Shown here in pieces: positions 24,505 to 39,294 of a stretch of 64,000 nt of DNA. Below the pieces are notes generated by a model, which saw nothing but the letters and a program-made list of their open reading frames with translations, made no database searches and had not been told where the DNA came from. Positions within the stretch are counted from its first letter, which is position 1, and each line of letters opens with the position of its first letter. Origin of the DNA: Eledone cirrhosa (lineage: Eukaryota); contig OZ024740.1 in the NCBI GenBank assembly GCA_964016885.1, forward strand, positions 199,888,001 to 199,952,000, in the 5' to 3' direction. The position numbers and the translations under genes were made by a program.

Positions 24505-25775
24505 TCTTCATGGGAGACCTAAACCTCTCCGCGAAGAATAAGGTAATTGCTATCAATACACTAGCGAGCCCAGGAACAAGTTACTGTTTTACTATTCTGA
24601 ATTGGACACTAAGTGATCTAGCAGGATGAAACAGTATAATATAAAACATAATCACTGCATTTCAAATGCACCATCAACAGTCAGATGTGGAAAGATTATA
24701 TTTACCACGAACACAAGGAGAAAGGGGCCTTATTCAACTAGAAAACTCTTATAAAATAATTACTGTAGGATTAAAGATATATCTGATGAAGAACAAAGGA
24801 ATGTTAACAGAACTAGCCACGAACTTGAATAAAAGAAAGAATTGTTCTCTGCATTTAAGGATGCCAATGAATTGAAGACAGAACCTGGTTGACAAGTAAC
24901 TGTGAGGAACATGAAAATAAAGAAATATCAACGACAGAAACCGTTATAAATCTAAAATCTAAATGTAAAGCAGGCCTCCAGAATGTCATGCTAAAACCAC
25001 GGCAATAATTATGTTTACATGGCCAATAAGAGAAAAGGCTGAATAGAGTGGAAGTACACAAGCAACTCTGACAAACCTGGCTACGTAGTACTGAACCGTA
25101 ATGGAAGAATTACTAATAGCAGCAAAAGATCAAAGCCTCCTCACCAGAAACCACGAGTGGTACATAATATAGCAGATCACACTAAATAACAGCAGATTAT
25201 ACGGAGGTGCGGAAGAAAAAATTAACCACTTTAGCTCTGGCTGCCTAGTATTAGCCAAAGAGGAATGGTAGAGTTTGGATTTACATATACTGGAAGATAT
25301 GCTAACACTATGAAATGTCAACAGATAAAAAATGGTACAGACACACACCAGAAAAGTAACCAAACTCAGGGGGATCATAGCCAACCGACCGGATATCATA
25401 ATCAACGAACACAAACTAAAACAAACATTTCTAACTGATGTATCAAACCCCACCTAGGAAATGGAGGCACTATCTAAATATAAAGATCTAATATAGAAAT
25501 GAACCGAATGTGAATTATGAAAATGTAAATAATATCTATAGTAATAAATACTCTGGGAATGATAATAACACACCACAGGTACATAAGCCAAACTTCACAA
25601 TTCAAATATATATAAATAACACCGCTAGGCACTACACACATATTACGAAGAGTACTTTCAATACAATAGATACAACACCACTAAAAACCATATAGTATAT
25701 ATCTAAGTCGGACAGAACTGTGCTCGTTAATGCAGTGACATTGCACAATAAATCATAAGACTGCTACTACTACTA
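24505..25775 (+). mobile_element. R4/Dong-like RLE LINE, degraded 3' fragment
   Basis: LSAKNKVIAINTLA, HHQQSDVERLYLPRTQGERGL, KDQSLLTRN and IANRPDIII (REL endonuclease), ending in a (TAC)n/(TAA)n tail. Confidence 0.8.
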
Positions 25776-25778
25776 CTA

Positions 25779-25968
25779 ATAATTGTTTCTACTTTTGGCA
25801 CAAGGCCAGCAATTATCCAGTACATTACTGGTACTTTATTTTATCGACCCCGCAAGGATGAAAGGAAAAGTTAACCTCGGCGGGATTTGAACTCAGACCA
25901 TAAAGGGACGTAACTATGCTGGAAAGCATGGCGTCCGACTCTCTACCAATACTGCCAATTCACCGCTA
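25779..25968 (-). mobile_element. SINE (main family)
   Basis: Full-length reverse-complement copy. Confidence 0.9.
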
Positions 25969-26775
25969 CCACTAATAATAATAATCTTAAGTGATAAGGA
26001 GAATTAACACCTGGAGTGGAATATTATATTGATTTTCAGAAAAAAAAATACACGAAAGACTACAAGTTTAAGGCTGATGTAATGGATGCCGTAAGAAGGT
26101 TTCTGTTTACAGACCTATAACTTATTTCCCAGTAAGCCTGTCTATCTATATTATATAACAAGCTGGCAGCTCACCTGGAAAGCGATAACAACTTACTTGA
26201 CTAATATAAAATGTGTTGAACGGTGAATATATGACAGTAAACAGCAACGACTTGTGAATCGAGCAATTATCAGAAAGAGCAAAATCTAGAATTTGGATTG
26301 ATTGCCAAAACAGCCGTTGATGCTAGATTATAACTGACACACTACATATAGATAAAGCAGCGTCGATGCCCACATGGTCCATTAACATTTCAAATGAAAA
26401 ACAAACTGCATCGCTAAAAAATAACGTGAATTTAATTAAATATAGTGGTATAAGAAACGAGAAAAATTAATCTGCTGTTATAGAGATACCATTGCGCTCT
26501 ACCTAGGCTTTGGACTCTTTAATAAATAAAGCTAAGAATACCAATAAATGCTGTGGGGGAAATTATAGAGCATCTACCATATATCGATGATATAAAACTA
26601 CACGGTACAACAAGAGCTCGATTTTATAACACACCACAATTTATGAACATATTTTACTAGATTTTGACTATTAAAACCGTTCATAAATTTAGACATGAGA
26701 ACACAATGAAGAAGAAAGCATAATAAAATAATAAAAGGAATTTGAAGTGAAGTGGATACATTAAATTCTATCCTA

Positions 26776-26966
26776 ATAATTGTTTCTACTTTAGGCACAA
26801 GGCCAGCATTTACCCAGTGCATTACTGGTACTTTATTTTATCGACCTCGTAAGGATGAAAGGCAAAGTCAACCTCGGCGGGATTTGAACTCAGATCGTAA
26901 AGGGACGTAACTATGCTGGAAAGCATGGCGTCCGACCCTCTACCGATACTGCCAATCCACCGCCTA
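26776..26966 (-). mobile_element. SINE (main family)
   Basis: Full-length reverse-complement copy, flanked by a probable target duplication TTCTATCCTAATAAT. Confidence 0.9.
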
Positions 26967-27373
26967 TTTCTATCCTAATAATGCCATCGGGGAAGTAATT
27001 AAAATTTACACCTTGCATATCCTGCGAATTAAATAAGATTAATAAGATACAGCTGAGAGAAATAAAGTAGAAAATTAGAAACTTAAGCAAATGTTAGACA
27101 AAAAATAATAGCTATAATTACAGTAGCCAAGTTATTTATGTAATATACATCAACATAAACAGTATTCCACGTAGTACTGTTAAATGCAGACGTCTATATA
27201 TATATATATATAATGGTCATTCATACAAATGCACACTCACACATACACACACATACACACACATACATACACACACATACACACACACACACACACATAC
27301 ACACAAATACATACATACACACATATATATATGTGTGTGTGTGTATGTGTGAGTGTGCGTGTGTATGAATGAC

Positions 27374-27407
<34 letters not shown>

Positions 27408-28442
27408 CAAGTATTATAAAATGGTCTCAGTATGGGCTGAGGTATTTCGGCAGCCCAAGAAGAGTTTGTCCCTAAGTAACAGCATAATTGGTGTATACAG
27501 CATCTCGCCTCACGTATCGAGTGATCTCTAAATATGTTTCCTTTCCAAATAGATAATTATACCCCACATTACTCGATAATTCCAATCCGAAGTAGGAAAA
27601 TAGATCAATGCCTAGTACCAAACTCACCTCAACTATAAATGAGCCAAACATTTGACCTACACATACATGGAACACACGAAGAATATGTTTATATATACAA
27701 CACAGAGATAAATATATAAATATTTCAACAAAGTATGTATTAAAATATAAAATAGTTTATATGTGAATATCCGAAATTGAAGATAAAATCAATAGCCAGT
27801 ACAGCGAATCATTAAACCTTTTCTTTTTTTATTATCTCTAGCAGTTAAGGGGCTATATATGTGAATAAACTCTCTCCAATACTTTCAGACACAAACACAC
27901 GCACACAAACACACATACACATACACACACATACATGCACGCACACACACACACAGACACACTCAGCTATATGTTTGTGTACCTTGTACAATTCTAGCTT
28001 GTGTGTTCCGTTGCACCCAAGGGCCATACTGGCGAAAGCCAAGATTTTGGAAGGCGAACAGATAGGAATACTAGATAGGAAAAACATGAAATATCAATCC
28101 CTAATGAGTTATTTATAACTGAACATACTGCCCTAATTTTATAGCCTTATGCTAAATATGGACTCGAAATGTTAACTGCAATTAACATTTAAAAACTCTC
28201 ATTTTCTTGATATTTTTCTTGTATTAATTTATTGTTATTTGTTTTCTATATATTTCCTGTTGAAATATGGTTACGATAAAACACACATAATGGAGCTAAT
28301 TGTTAACTGGTAATCTCCTGTTTCCCCACAAATGGATGCGATATTGTAGCCGCGTTAAAACGTTCGTAGAGGTGAGTAAATAAATAATAATTTCCTATCC
28401 TTGGCTATCTTAAATTTGTAATATATAAATATATATATATAT

Positions 28443-28761
<319 letters not shown>

Positions 28762-29276
28762 CAAAACATTCTCAGATAAGTATAGATAATTACCTTATTT
28801 CCCCTGAAAATCTAATCGCTTCCTTGGTCACATATCCCTTTCTACAAATCAGTAAATAACAACTTTGTACGAACAGTCAACTTTCCTGTCCTTCAAATAA
28901 CTTGTGTTATCAATCTAGTAGGTGTAATTCTAGAAAATTTCGTTATACATTCTTACTACGTCGTCAATATGTATTCCCATTTAATCCAAAGTACGCTTCA
29001 AATGATAAGAGAGGAAGATGTGGCCCTTAGATAAATATGTTATATAGATATGGTTATACATCTGTGCTTTCAGAGTTCAGAATTGTTACTCGATATAAAT
29101 TACCAACGTACATATACATAATGGCGTTATATAATGTTAAGCAGATGCAAAGCTTTGTATATCATTTCAGTAATATGTATTACTAGTGTAAATTCCTAAT
29201 TACAACATCAAGATCGAAAATGAGATATAGAAAGCGAGAGAAAGATAGATATGCAGAGAGAGGATGAGATGGAAAA

Positions 29277-29353
<77 letters not shown>

Positions 29354-30059
29354 AAGAACGAAAGAGATGGAGTGAGCACAAAGGTACATAGATGTTATTG
29401 GACAGCTGTGCTGTGAGAGCAGCTCATTATCTCTCAAAACAAATTAACACAAGTCTTTGTTTAAAAGAGCTGTGTGTAATTTCTAAAATACATTTATTCT
29501 CAAATCTTTCACAAACGAAGGTTCAGCAAGAAAGCCTTTACTTTTCTTATAATCGCTAGAAATAGTAACCAAACCTCCAATTTATTCGTAATTTTTACTA
29601 TTCTCGTGGTCCAAGTTCTATTAATTAAAGAAGGATTTCGGGGAATTTACTGAAAGAAATAATCATTTTAACATATATTAATTCAATGTATATAGGGTGG
29701 TGGATTGGCGATTTGGATAGTGTATCGAACAAATTGATTTACGATATTTAGTTAAGAATGTTATCTTTCAAATCACGCCAATGACAACGTTGCTTTCACC
29801 ATTTCGGTGACGATAAAATAATGCACCTGTCAAATATATTCGACTTTCATCTCCACACAAAATGCTGACCTTGAACCTAAACTAGAAATCCTTATTTATT
29901 AATATATAGAAATGGAAACATTTTACCATACAAATAATACGGATACGAATCGATATAAATCGTATATGAATCACTAATAAACAAATATAGGATTGAAATA
30001 CCAAACCGCTTTGGATGGTATTTGAACCTGTACATATTTCCAAATAATTTATTTTATCG

Positions 30060-30850
30060 ACTTTCATTATCGGCTCTCGGTAACACCATATTCTAATAAA
30101 CGTCGTGCCACAGGGAACTATCTTGGAGCCACAACTGTCTGTAGTGGATCTCTTGTAATACGGACCGCCTCCATCACAGGCTATGCTGATGACACGAATG
30201 AAGCACAACAAATATACAAACAGGCTGATACTACTCTCTTACAACTCGATTTCGAAACCATATGCGGATGGGTTGAAAACAATATTCAATTTAAGTAAGT
30301 TTCAATCTCTCCACTATCAACCATCGAACATAGGACCACCACAACAAAGGTACACTGGACAAGGAAGAATCCCAGAGTCAAAAACAATACGGGACCTGGG
30401 AGGTTAGGTGAGCAATGATAATGGTTTAATGCACACATCACCAAAACGATGCAATGTATAGATGACCAGTAGGTCGTATTTTGAAGACATTCAGAACAAG
30501 CAAGAGGCTCGGAAACCATGTTGTTTCACTGGGGAACACACGTCGTCAACCGACTGGACTATTGCGAGTAAGGCTACATACTGCAATAGCTTGGGGCTCA
30601 AGGTATGCCAGCTTTTTAATAAGCTGCTGAAAAATCTGAGAGATCTACATGGTGTGCAGGTAGTTGTTTTCAAGAGACATCTCCACATTCTACTGACCAA
30701 GATCACGAATGAACACACAGCACGAAGGGAAGCACAAATAAGAGCAGCAGCAACAAACTCCCTTTTGCTTCAATGGCTGGCTATAGAAAATATAGCATCG
30801 GTGGTGGTAACTCAGTATGGCCCCAGTCTCTCGGCTGGAACGCAAATAAA
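30060..30850 (+). mobile_element. Highly degraded CR1/L2-like LINE RT fragment
   Basis: VPQGTILxP at about 30104, YADDT at about 30182 and IRDLG, followed by C-terminal remnants. Confidence 0.65.
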
Positions 30851-31324
30851 ATGAAATTAAAATATATATATATGTGTTTAAAATGCGTTTTCGCGGCGAA
30901 ATGTGCAACAAATTTTTTTCAAATTTTTCAACAATTTCATGTCATTTCTCGGGAAAATAAATCTATCTTCTGCTCCGTATTGGTAAAATATTCATAAATA
31001 TAGCTTCAAGATCGTCCTCACTCTATCTTAATATGGAACGTAGTTCCATCATTCTAATTGTTGTTCACTGAAGAATATAGTTTACTGACTGATGATTTCA
31101 GTCTCATTTTAATATCGTTTATGTGAAAGACGAGCTTTGTGTAAATTTAATCTGATTTCTAATAGATGTCTACCAACTACTTCACATGTAGACACAAGTG
31201 TAGCCATGTTAAGATCACGCTTTAGATGCAAGAGAGAAAAAGAGACGCTCGACATATATGGCACTTTAGTCAGTTATCGGAAGAGTACATATTTATATAT
31301 ATATATATATATATATACATATGT

Positions 31325-31386
<62 letters not shown>

Positions 31387-32696
31387 ATAATTCCTCTTGA
31401 ATCCTAATAAACATAAAGTTGATATTTACATATATCCATCTCTACCCCATGTCTTGTTTGAATATAAACTTATATAGTAAGAACGACCAATTAGCTATCT
31501 ATTTCTACTAATTAACTCTTTATTACTTCTCTCGAAAACACCATTAATTACATTACTTGCTTGTAGATATTGCGGTTTTAATATTCAATGCTTACGGAAT
31601 AGAATTATCAAATATTCATTTATTGATACATTGGTTAAATATTCATAAATATAGCTTCAAGTTCGATCTCACCCTACCTTAATATGTAACGTAGTCTTAT
31701 GATTCTAATTATCTTTCACTGAAGAATATTATTCTCTAAATTATTATCCATGGAATACATTTAGTTGGAAAATCTGAAATATCTATATCTCGCTATTTTT
31801 TCTCTGAAATATAGAATTTGAAACATAAATCATTAGATTTAATTGACATATATATGAATATATTTTGCCCATATATGAGGATCGATACGTTCGGTGACAT
31901 ATCTACAAAACCCAACAGGAATGTGAACTCATGCTCAGGTGCTATAAATTTGAAGATATCTGCGGTAATGGCTGCATCAAGTTCACATCCAAATGTCAAG
32001 ATATATTTCGAACGTTCGAACTGACTGTCTTCATTAATTGGAAATGCTATGTATAATTAGTGAGTTAATTGTGTTAAAGTAACATTTTGCAACCATCTAT
32101 GTGACCTTATCAATAACAGAAGAATGTTTCTTATTGTATTCCGTACAGGTTATATTAAATAAAAATAAGTTATGTTTCAAAATGTGATATTTTCTGCAAT
32201 GAAAAGCAAATTAATAACTCACCATAAAAATTGCTTTAAGTTATTTAGGTATGTCAATACATCGTCTGATGTCAAATATCTGCGCTGTTTACATAGTAAA
32301 TTGTGCCATCAGCGAACTGCGTATTAAGTAGAAGAGGTTGTGTCAGTAATAACAAAGTACAAGACTGATTAAATAAATTACATCTTTTTTCCAGGAAATA
32401 TTTCTCCTTTGGCAAATTTATAAATTACAATTAATTCAGATGGAGATTCTTGAAATATCGATACAATGGTGAAGGAGAAAGACTTGTAGTGTTAGACTTC
32501 CTTTTACCACATTGCAATTAATCGTTTGGGGCAGAGAAAATACAGATTCTCCACTCTATTCTGTTTGGGAGAATATAGTTTTGATATCAATCGGCAACTA
32601 AATCTAGGAGAATACTATAGTTATAAAATTAAAATGTGTTACAGCTGTATGATTTTATAGATAGAGGCATGACCGCTGCCCTACCACCCCGATAAA

Positions 32697-32885
32697 ATAA
32701 TCGTTTATACTTTTGGCACAAGGCCAAAAATTACCCAGTACATTACTGGTACTTTCTTTTATCGACCCCGTAAGGATGAAAGGCAAAGATAACATCGATG
32801 GCATTTGAACTCAGAATGGAAAGAGCCGTAACTATATGCGTTAAATCATGGACGTCCGACCCTCTACAGATACTGCCAATCGACC
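32697..32885 (-). mobile_element. SINE (main family)
   Basis: Diverged reverse-complement copy. Confidence 0.85.
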
Positions 32886-34596
32886 ATGACTAAAATAATT
32901 AAAACCAATAATCATTGAGTGACGTTGGTATATAATCACTAACATTGTATATCTAATATCAGAAAGATCCTCGAGAAATATCTTAAAACTTACACTGCCA
33001 GGCCGATAATGTAACTCAACGAAGCCGTACGTTTAATGCTGTTAAAATACATATATATTCCCCCAGTAGAAATACATCAATTACCCTAATATTTGAATAC
33101 TATTACCTAATACATCAATGCTTTACAATCATTAAATAACTAAAATTTACGCATCTATCTCGGTAGCCTGAAATAGGTCATCTTTGCCTAAAAAGAATGT
33201 ATAGCATATGAATTACCTGCCGAAAATATTTCATCTCTTATATTACGATGAGTATTGAGAATGACTTAGTGATTATAGAAGCTTCCAATCCTGTCTATTC
33301 CTCCAATACGAACACGACTCACTATCAATCAAAGATCTAAATCTTCTTCCTTAAGCTTAATCTAAATAGTTTACCAGATACTTCAACACATTCAATAACT
33401 AAAATATAGGAAAATAAAAACAGCATCAAAGTTGCCAGTCTATTGCATTAATTACCCATTCTCACTATAATGCTTCTATTGCCATTGACACTGCATTCAC
33501 GTATTCACTGATTCTATGTCCTTTTACAACTCTTTTTTTCTCAATTAACACTAATGCACTTTGCATGGTTTGTTGTTTATTTAATTTATATTAAATATCA
33601 TGATTCCTTCACCAACATTTCAATCTGTTAGATCACAATTATTGCTTTCATCATTACCAATATCAACATCATTATTGTTGCTGTTGTTGCTATCATTATC
33701 AACGTCAAGGTTAATTATGATCATAAATTGCAAAACGAAATGAAACAAAAACAATGTATAATATATGTTACTGATCGGAAACCAACCAGTATTATGTATA
33801 TATGTATATATATATATATTCACAACTATACAAGTACATATACAACCGACGCAGACTACATACACTCATATATAGATTTGCACATATCCACAATTAGTTA
33901 ATACCTCATACATACACAAATGCAAAACAATGCATATTCCTTCACAGACGTACGGTCTCTCTCACACACATATGCGCGTGCACATATACTGTTAAAAATA
34001 AGCGATCTAAATGAATAATGTAAGTTGCATTAAAACAGCAATGGACTCAATAGATGTGCACTGTCAAATTTACTTGATTTCTGTGTATGCTTTGATAGAA
34101 GAGAGATCTGACCTATCTAGTTAGGCTTTCCTTCTTAGCGGGAGCGACAAGTGCATTGTTAAACTCTCCATGCGGACGACTGCAAATTGACAGCGTACGT
34201 CACCTTAGTACTAGGAATTAAACGGAATTTTGTCATTTATTTAGATGGAAATGTGTTTTAGGTGTGCTTAATTTATGTATTATATATTTCGTGTGATATG
34301 TCTATCGTAGCATAGAGAGTGATTAGGTGATGTGTCAGTAATTTATTTGCTTCATTGATAACGTTAGATTTGTTTGAATTCAAATATTTTAACTCTTAGT
34401 TTTGCTAGATCAGAGTATCTCCGGTTTGTTGGTTGGTTCCACAACCAGATGTTTGTTTATATATTGTCAAAGTTCTTTTGTCACACATTCTGTGACCTCT
34501 TCAGTGACTGAGGATTCTTTTCTTTGTTTTTCTGCCTCTCCTTTACAGAATAGTCAGCCTTCTGAGATACTTAGAAGTCATGGGTTTACTAATTTT

Positions 34597-34675
34597 ACAC
34601 ACACTGATGAGCGAAGAATTTGTAATCTTCTTCAGTTAAATTGCGAAACAGTTTCACCAAAGGTTGTCTGGGTGT
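34597..34675 (+). ncRNA. Type I hammerhead ribozyme (canonical core)
   Basis: ACACACA-CTGATGA-GCGA...TTGC-GAAA-CAGTTT(CACCAA)AGGTTG-TC-TGGGTGT. Confidence 0.75.
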
Positions 34676-35266
34676 TTGGTAGTTACCCCATACCTGTTTG
34701 TATTTGTTTTCTTGTTTTATTCTTATAAATTGAGTCTGGCGAATCCTATTGGTTATAGTTAGTATTTGTTTCACCCTAGCGAACCTGGTCCCTTATGATT
34801 TGAACACAAATGTCTATATATCTGTGTTTATCTTTCTTTTATATTCAATTATAATATTATATATATATATATATGGGGGGGGGGTATGTGTATGTGTACG
34901 TGTGTGTGTGTGTGTGTGTATTTGTGTGTGTGTGTGTACTGAACATATATGCACAAGGATATACAGGCATATGAGATACTATTTTTGTTCAATGAAGGAA
35001 TTAATACGAATCAATTATTCAGAGCATAATATAAATTATATTTGGGAAAAGCAAATGAGATAACGAAATATTTACGTATTTGCTTAAAGCTTCCCTACTG
35101 CAGTTTAATTTTGCCAAACTCACCATATTAAGACTGTGAAGATCTCAAATCGTCAGGGAACATTTTCAAATGAAAATGAATTTAACTAGATACTAAGTAA
35201 ATAGGTAAGTAGTTATTTATCTTATTTGCGTTTGCCAAGTATAGAACAATATATATATATATATAT

Positions 35267-36775
35267 ATTGTTATACTTGGGGAGGGTCATATTTGCGTAA
35301 TATTGCCAGAATTAATAACAGAACACACTCACTGTTTGGTTGGTTTTCGCTTCTCGCTGTCTTTTATATCTGCGATCTAACTTACTCGGTCCTCAATGTT
35401 GCCATTGACTGACCGGCGGTCAAAAATAATACAGATACAATATAGACACAAACACATATATATAGTTTACATAATTTACATAAATCTTTCGTTGCACATC
35501 TGCAACATCGTCAGTGGTGTTATATTCATTGTTCCTCCTGTTGTGTTGTATGTCTACGCCATTTTTTTATTCAGTCTGTCTATATATTTATTTATTTATT
35601 TATTTGCTTGTTTGTTTATCTTATTTTATTTTGTCTTCTTTGCGCATGCGTTTGCGTGTGTGTATAGTGTTATGTGTGATGTGTGACTAGTGTGTATAGT
35701 GTTGTGTCTGCTGGGTGACTAGTGTGTGTTTATGTGCTTGTTGTTATTGTGCTTGTGTATGTATTTATTTATCTTATTTTATTTAATTTTATTTACTTAT
35801 TTATACTTCTCTTAGGTCAGTGTTGTTTGTTTGGGTGTTGTTGTTGTTATTGTGCTTGTGTATGTGGGGGGAACTAAAAGGACGAAAAAACGGGTCAGTA
35901 CTATACGAACATGCTAGACAACAACATGACGGTAACATAGACAACATAGAAATTAGAATAATATCTAAACATAGGAATGACCCAGCAGATAGGCAAATCA
36001 GAGAGGCCAGTGAAATAGAAATTAGAAGACCAAAGCTAAACAGAAAGAATGAGTGGAACAACAACAACACCCAAAACAAACAATACTGACCTGAGAGAAG
36101 TATAAATAAGTAAATAAAATAAAATAAAATAATATAAATAAATACATACACAAGCACAATAACAACAACAACACCCAAACAAACAACACTGACCTAAGAG
36201 AAGTATAAATAAGTAAATAAAATAAAATAAAATAAGATAAATAAATACATACACAAGCACAATAACAACAAGCACATAAACACACACTAGTCACCCAGCA
36301 GACACAACACTATACACACTAGTCACACATCACACATAACACTATACACACACGCAAACGCATGCGCAAAGAAGACAAAATAAAATAAGATAAACAAACA
36401 AGCAAATAAATAAATATATAGACAGACTGAATAAAAAAAATGGCGTAGACATACAACACAACAGGAGGAACAATGAATATAACACCACTAACGATGTGGC
36501 AGATGTGCAACGAAAGATTTATGTAAATTATGTAAACTATATATATGTGTTTGTGTCTATATTGTATCTGTATTATTTTTGACCGCCGGTCAGTCAATGG
36601 CAACATTGAGGACCGAGTAAGTTAGATCGCAGATATAAAAGACAGCGAGAAGCGAAAACCAACCAAACAGTGAGTGTGTTCTGTTATTAATTCTGGCAAT
36701 ATTACGTAAATATGACCCTCCCCAAGTATAACAATATCTGTTTCGACACACGATTTCATATAAAAAACCTCGCAA

Positions 36776-36780
<5 letters not shown>
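35267..36780 (+). mobile_element. 5'-truncated PLE (GIY-YIG C-terminus and 3' UTR) with a long inverted copy (arms about 35267-35865 and 36145-36735)
   Basis: 35866-36089 encodes SVLYEHARQQH...RQIREASEI..PKLNRKNEW, homologous to 53647-53970. The roughly 600-bp arms are near-identical. TA flanks. Confidence 0.85.
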
Positions 36781-36840
<60 letters not shown>

Positions 36841-36938
36841 AAGGTTAAACAAGGTTTAATGAATAAATGAAATAATAAAGTTTTACAATAGATTAGAAGC
36901 ACTCCACAGTTTGGTTTTCCGGAGTTATTAATATTAAA

Positions 36939-36978
<40 letters not shown>

Positions 36979-37050
36979 GTAGGTCCCGGGTTGAGTCGGG
37001 GATAACCACAGTAAGTAAGGTACTCAATACATGGCAGAGCAAATTTTTTT

Positions 37051-37177
37051 TATTTTATAGAAGGAGCTTCTACAGGACTAGTACTGTTTCATTCAGATGA
37101 AATCTTCAGATGAGCTTCGTGAAGATTTCATCTGAATGAAACAGTACTAGCCCTGTAGAAGCTCCTTGTATAAAATA
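37051..37177. repeat. Short fold-back made of a truncated hammerhead (arms 37051-37108 and 37120-37177)
   Basis: The minus arm reads CTGAAGA-TTTCATCTGAAT-GAAA-CAGTACTAG-TC-CTGTAG. The 5' strand of stem I is missing. Confidence 0.7.
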
Positions 37178-37213
37178 TATATATATATATATAAATTATA
37201 TATATATAAATTA

Positions 37214-37275
<62 letters not shown>

Positions 37276-37480
37276 TAATATATATATATATATATAAACA
37301 TATGTTTGTGTGTCTCAGCATGTGTGTGTGCCGATCTGTAATACATGATACAAGAAAAAAATATATAAAACAGGTATAAAATATATAATATCACGTTAAC
37401 AATTCCTCAATAGATGTGGCAACCGGTTTTATGATATTAGAAGCTATATAACTTACCATTATCCTGCAGTATATACACAC

Positions 37481-37558
<78 letters not shown>

Positions 37559-37716
37559 ATGTGTGTGTATGTGTGTGTATGTGTGCGTGTGTGTATGTGT
37601 GTGGGTGTGTGGGTGTGAGTGTGTGTGTATAAAAGGTAAACAGAAATAACAACACAATCGGTACAGCATATGGAAGGAATATATTAGGTTAACGCTTGAA
37701 ATTGCAGGAAGAGGGA

Positions 37717-37750
37717 CTTAACGTTTCGGACGCTAGTCCTTCATCAGAAG
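37717..37750 (-). ncRNA. Minimal type I hammerhead
   Basis: CTT-CTGATGA-A-GGAC(TAGC)GTCC-GAAA-CG-TT-AAG, with palindromic AACGTT in stem III. Confidence 0.8.
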
Positions 37751-37964
37751 AAAGAATAAGAAATAAGGTATATTGAGGGGACGGGCGAGTTAGAATTGGA
37801 AAAATGTCTTTAGATAAAAATAACAGATCCCTTAATGTTGACATCTCTTACAAAATTGTTGATATATATATATGTGTATGTGTGTGCGTATATATATATA
37901 TATATATATATATCAAGAAAGAAGAGTGACATGGTTTTCTATACAATAAGGGCTTTATTCCCAT

Positions 37965-38072
37965 TACTGCCAATTGTTTCTCTGAACTGGTAGGTCTAGA
38001 GAGCGCTACCCGCCTGTTTTTGCATCAATCGATCACCAATACTTTGTTATAACCAGTCAATTCATCAGAGCA
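37965..38072 (-). ncRNA. Hammerhead with long stem II and a U16.1>G change, in a nested PLE 3' fragment (about 37915-38790)
   Basis: TGCT-CTGATGA-ATTGACTGG...CCAGTTCAGA-GAAA-CAATTG-GC-AGTA. Confidence 0.6.
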
Positions 38073-38791
38073 TGCGAGAATGAAGGGAATACACAGGTAT
38101 GGATTCTATATATAGTAGTGGCATTAAATCAGAACAATAATAAAAATACTAACAATACTAGCAATACTCGGATAGATTAGTTAGACCGTAAATAGTTAAA
38201 ACAATCACAACACCAATGTAAGTAAGATATAGAGTATACTGATGACTTTAGAATGTAAAATGAACTGATACGTAGCAGATGTATGGAATTGACATGTAAA
38301 AGTTGTCATGGAGTGTGTTATATATAGTGTAGAGATAACCTGGGGCTTTAAACAATGGACCATTTAATTTACTGTAGGTTTGCTGACCGTAAGAATCATT
38401 TATTATCTGACAGATAAAATATTTTCATTGTAGTGAGGATGGTAATTTTTATGTGGTGTAAAACGGATTCATTATTTAAGTGGTCTATATTAGATGAAGG
38501 GATTGGTAGTTCGAATCATTGGGGTTGTTTAGCTTTCACAGCATCAATAACAAATCATGCATGGATAAGAAAACAATAATAATAATAACAGCAATATAGT
38601 AGGTAAGTTAATACAGAGCTTAAGAATCAAGGTATATATATTGAGAGAACATAATGACTACAATTACGGATGCATTGGGGTGTTCATTATAACAACAGGG
38701 GGGAAGGTGATATTGCAAGGACTGTGGTAGTAGTCAAATAATGTACTTAGATATAGGTTAATCTGTTGATAATCAAGAGTGAGGATATATA

Positions 38792-38839
<48 letters not shown>

Positions 38840-38846
38840 TGTGTAC

Positions 38847-38990
<144 letters not shown>

Positions 38991-39113
38991 ATATATATAT
39001 ATATTATATATATATATATGTATATCAACAGTTTTGCAAGAGATGTAACATTAATGGATCTGTTATTTTTATTTAAAGACATATTTTTCAATCGACCTTA
39101 TTTGTCATTCTTT

Positions 39114-39147
39114 CTTCTGATGAAAGACTAGCATCCGAAACGTTAAG
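39114..39147 (+). ncRNA. Minimal type I hammerhead with decayed stem II
   Basis: CTT-CTGATGA-AAGACTAGCATCC-GAAA-CG-TT-AAG. Mirror of 37717-37750. Confidence 0.65.
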
Positions 39148-39233
39148 GCGCTCTTCCTGATATTTTAAGAGTTAACCTTATATATTCCTTCCATATACTG
39201 TACCGATTGTGTTCTTATTTCTGTTTACATTTT

Positions 39234-39294
<61 letters not shown>

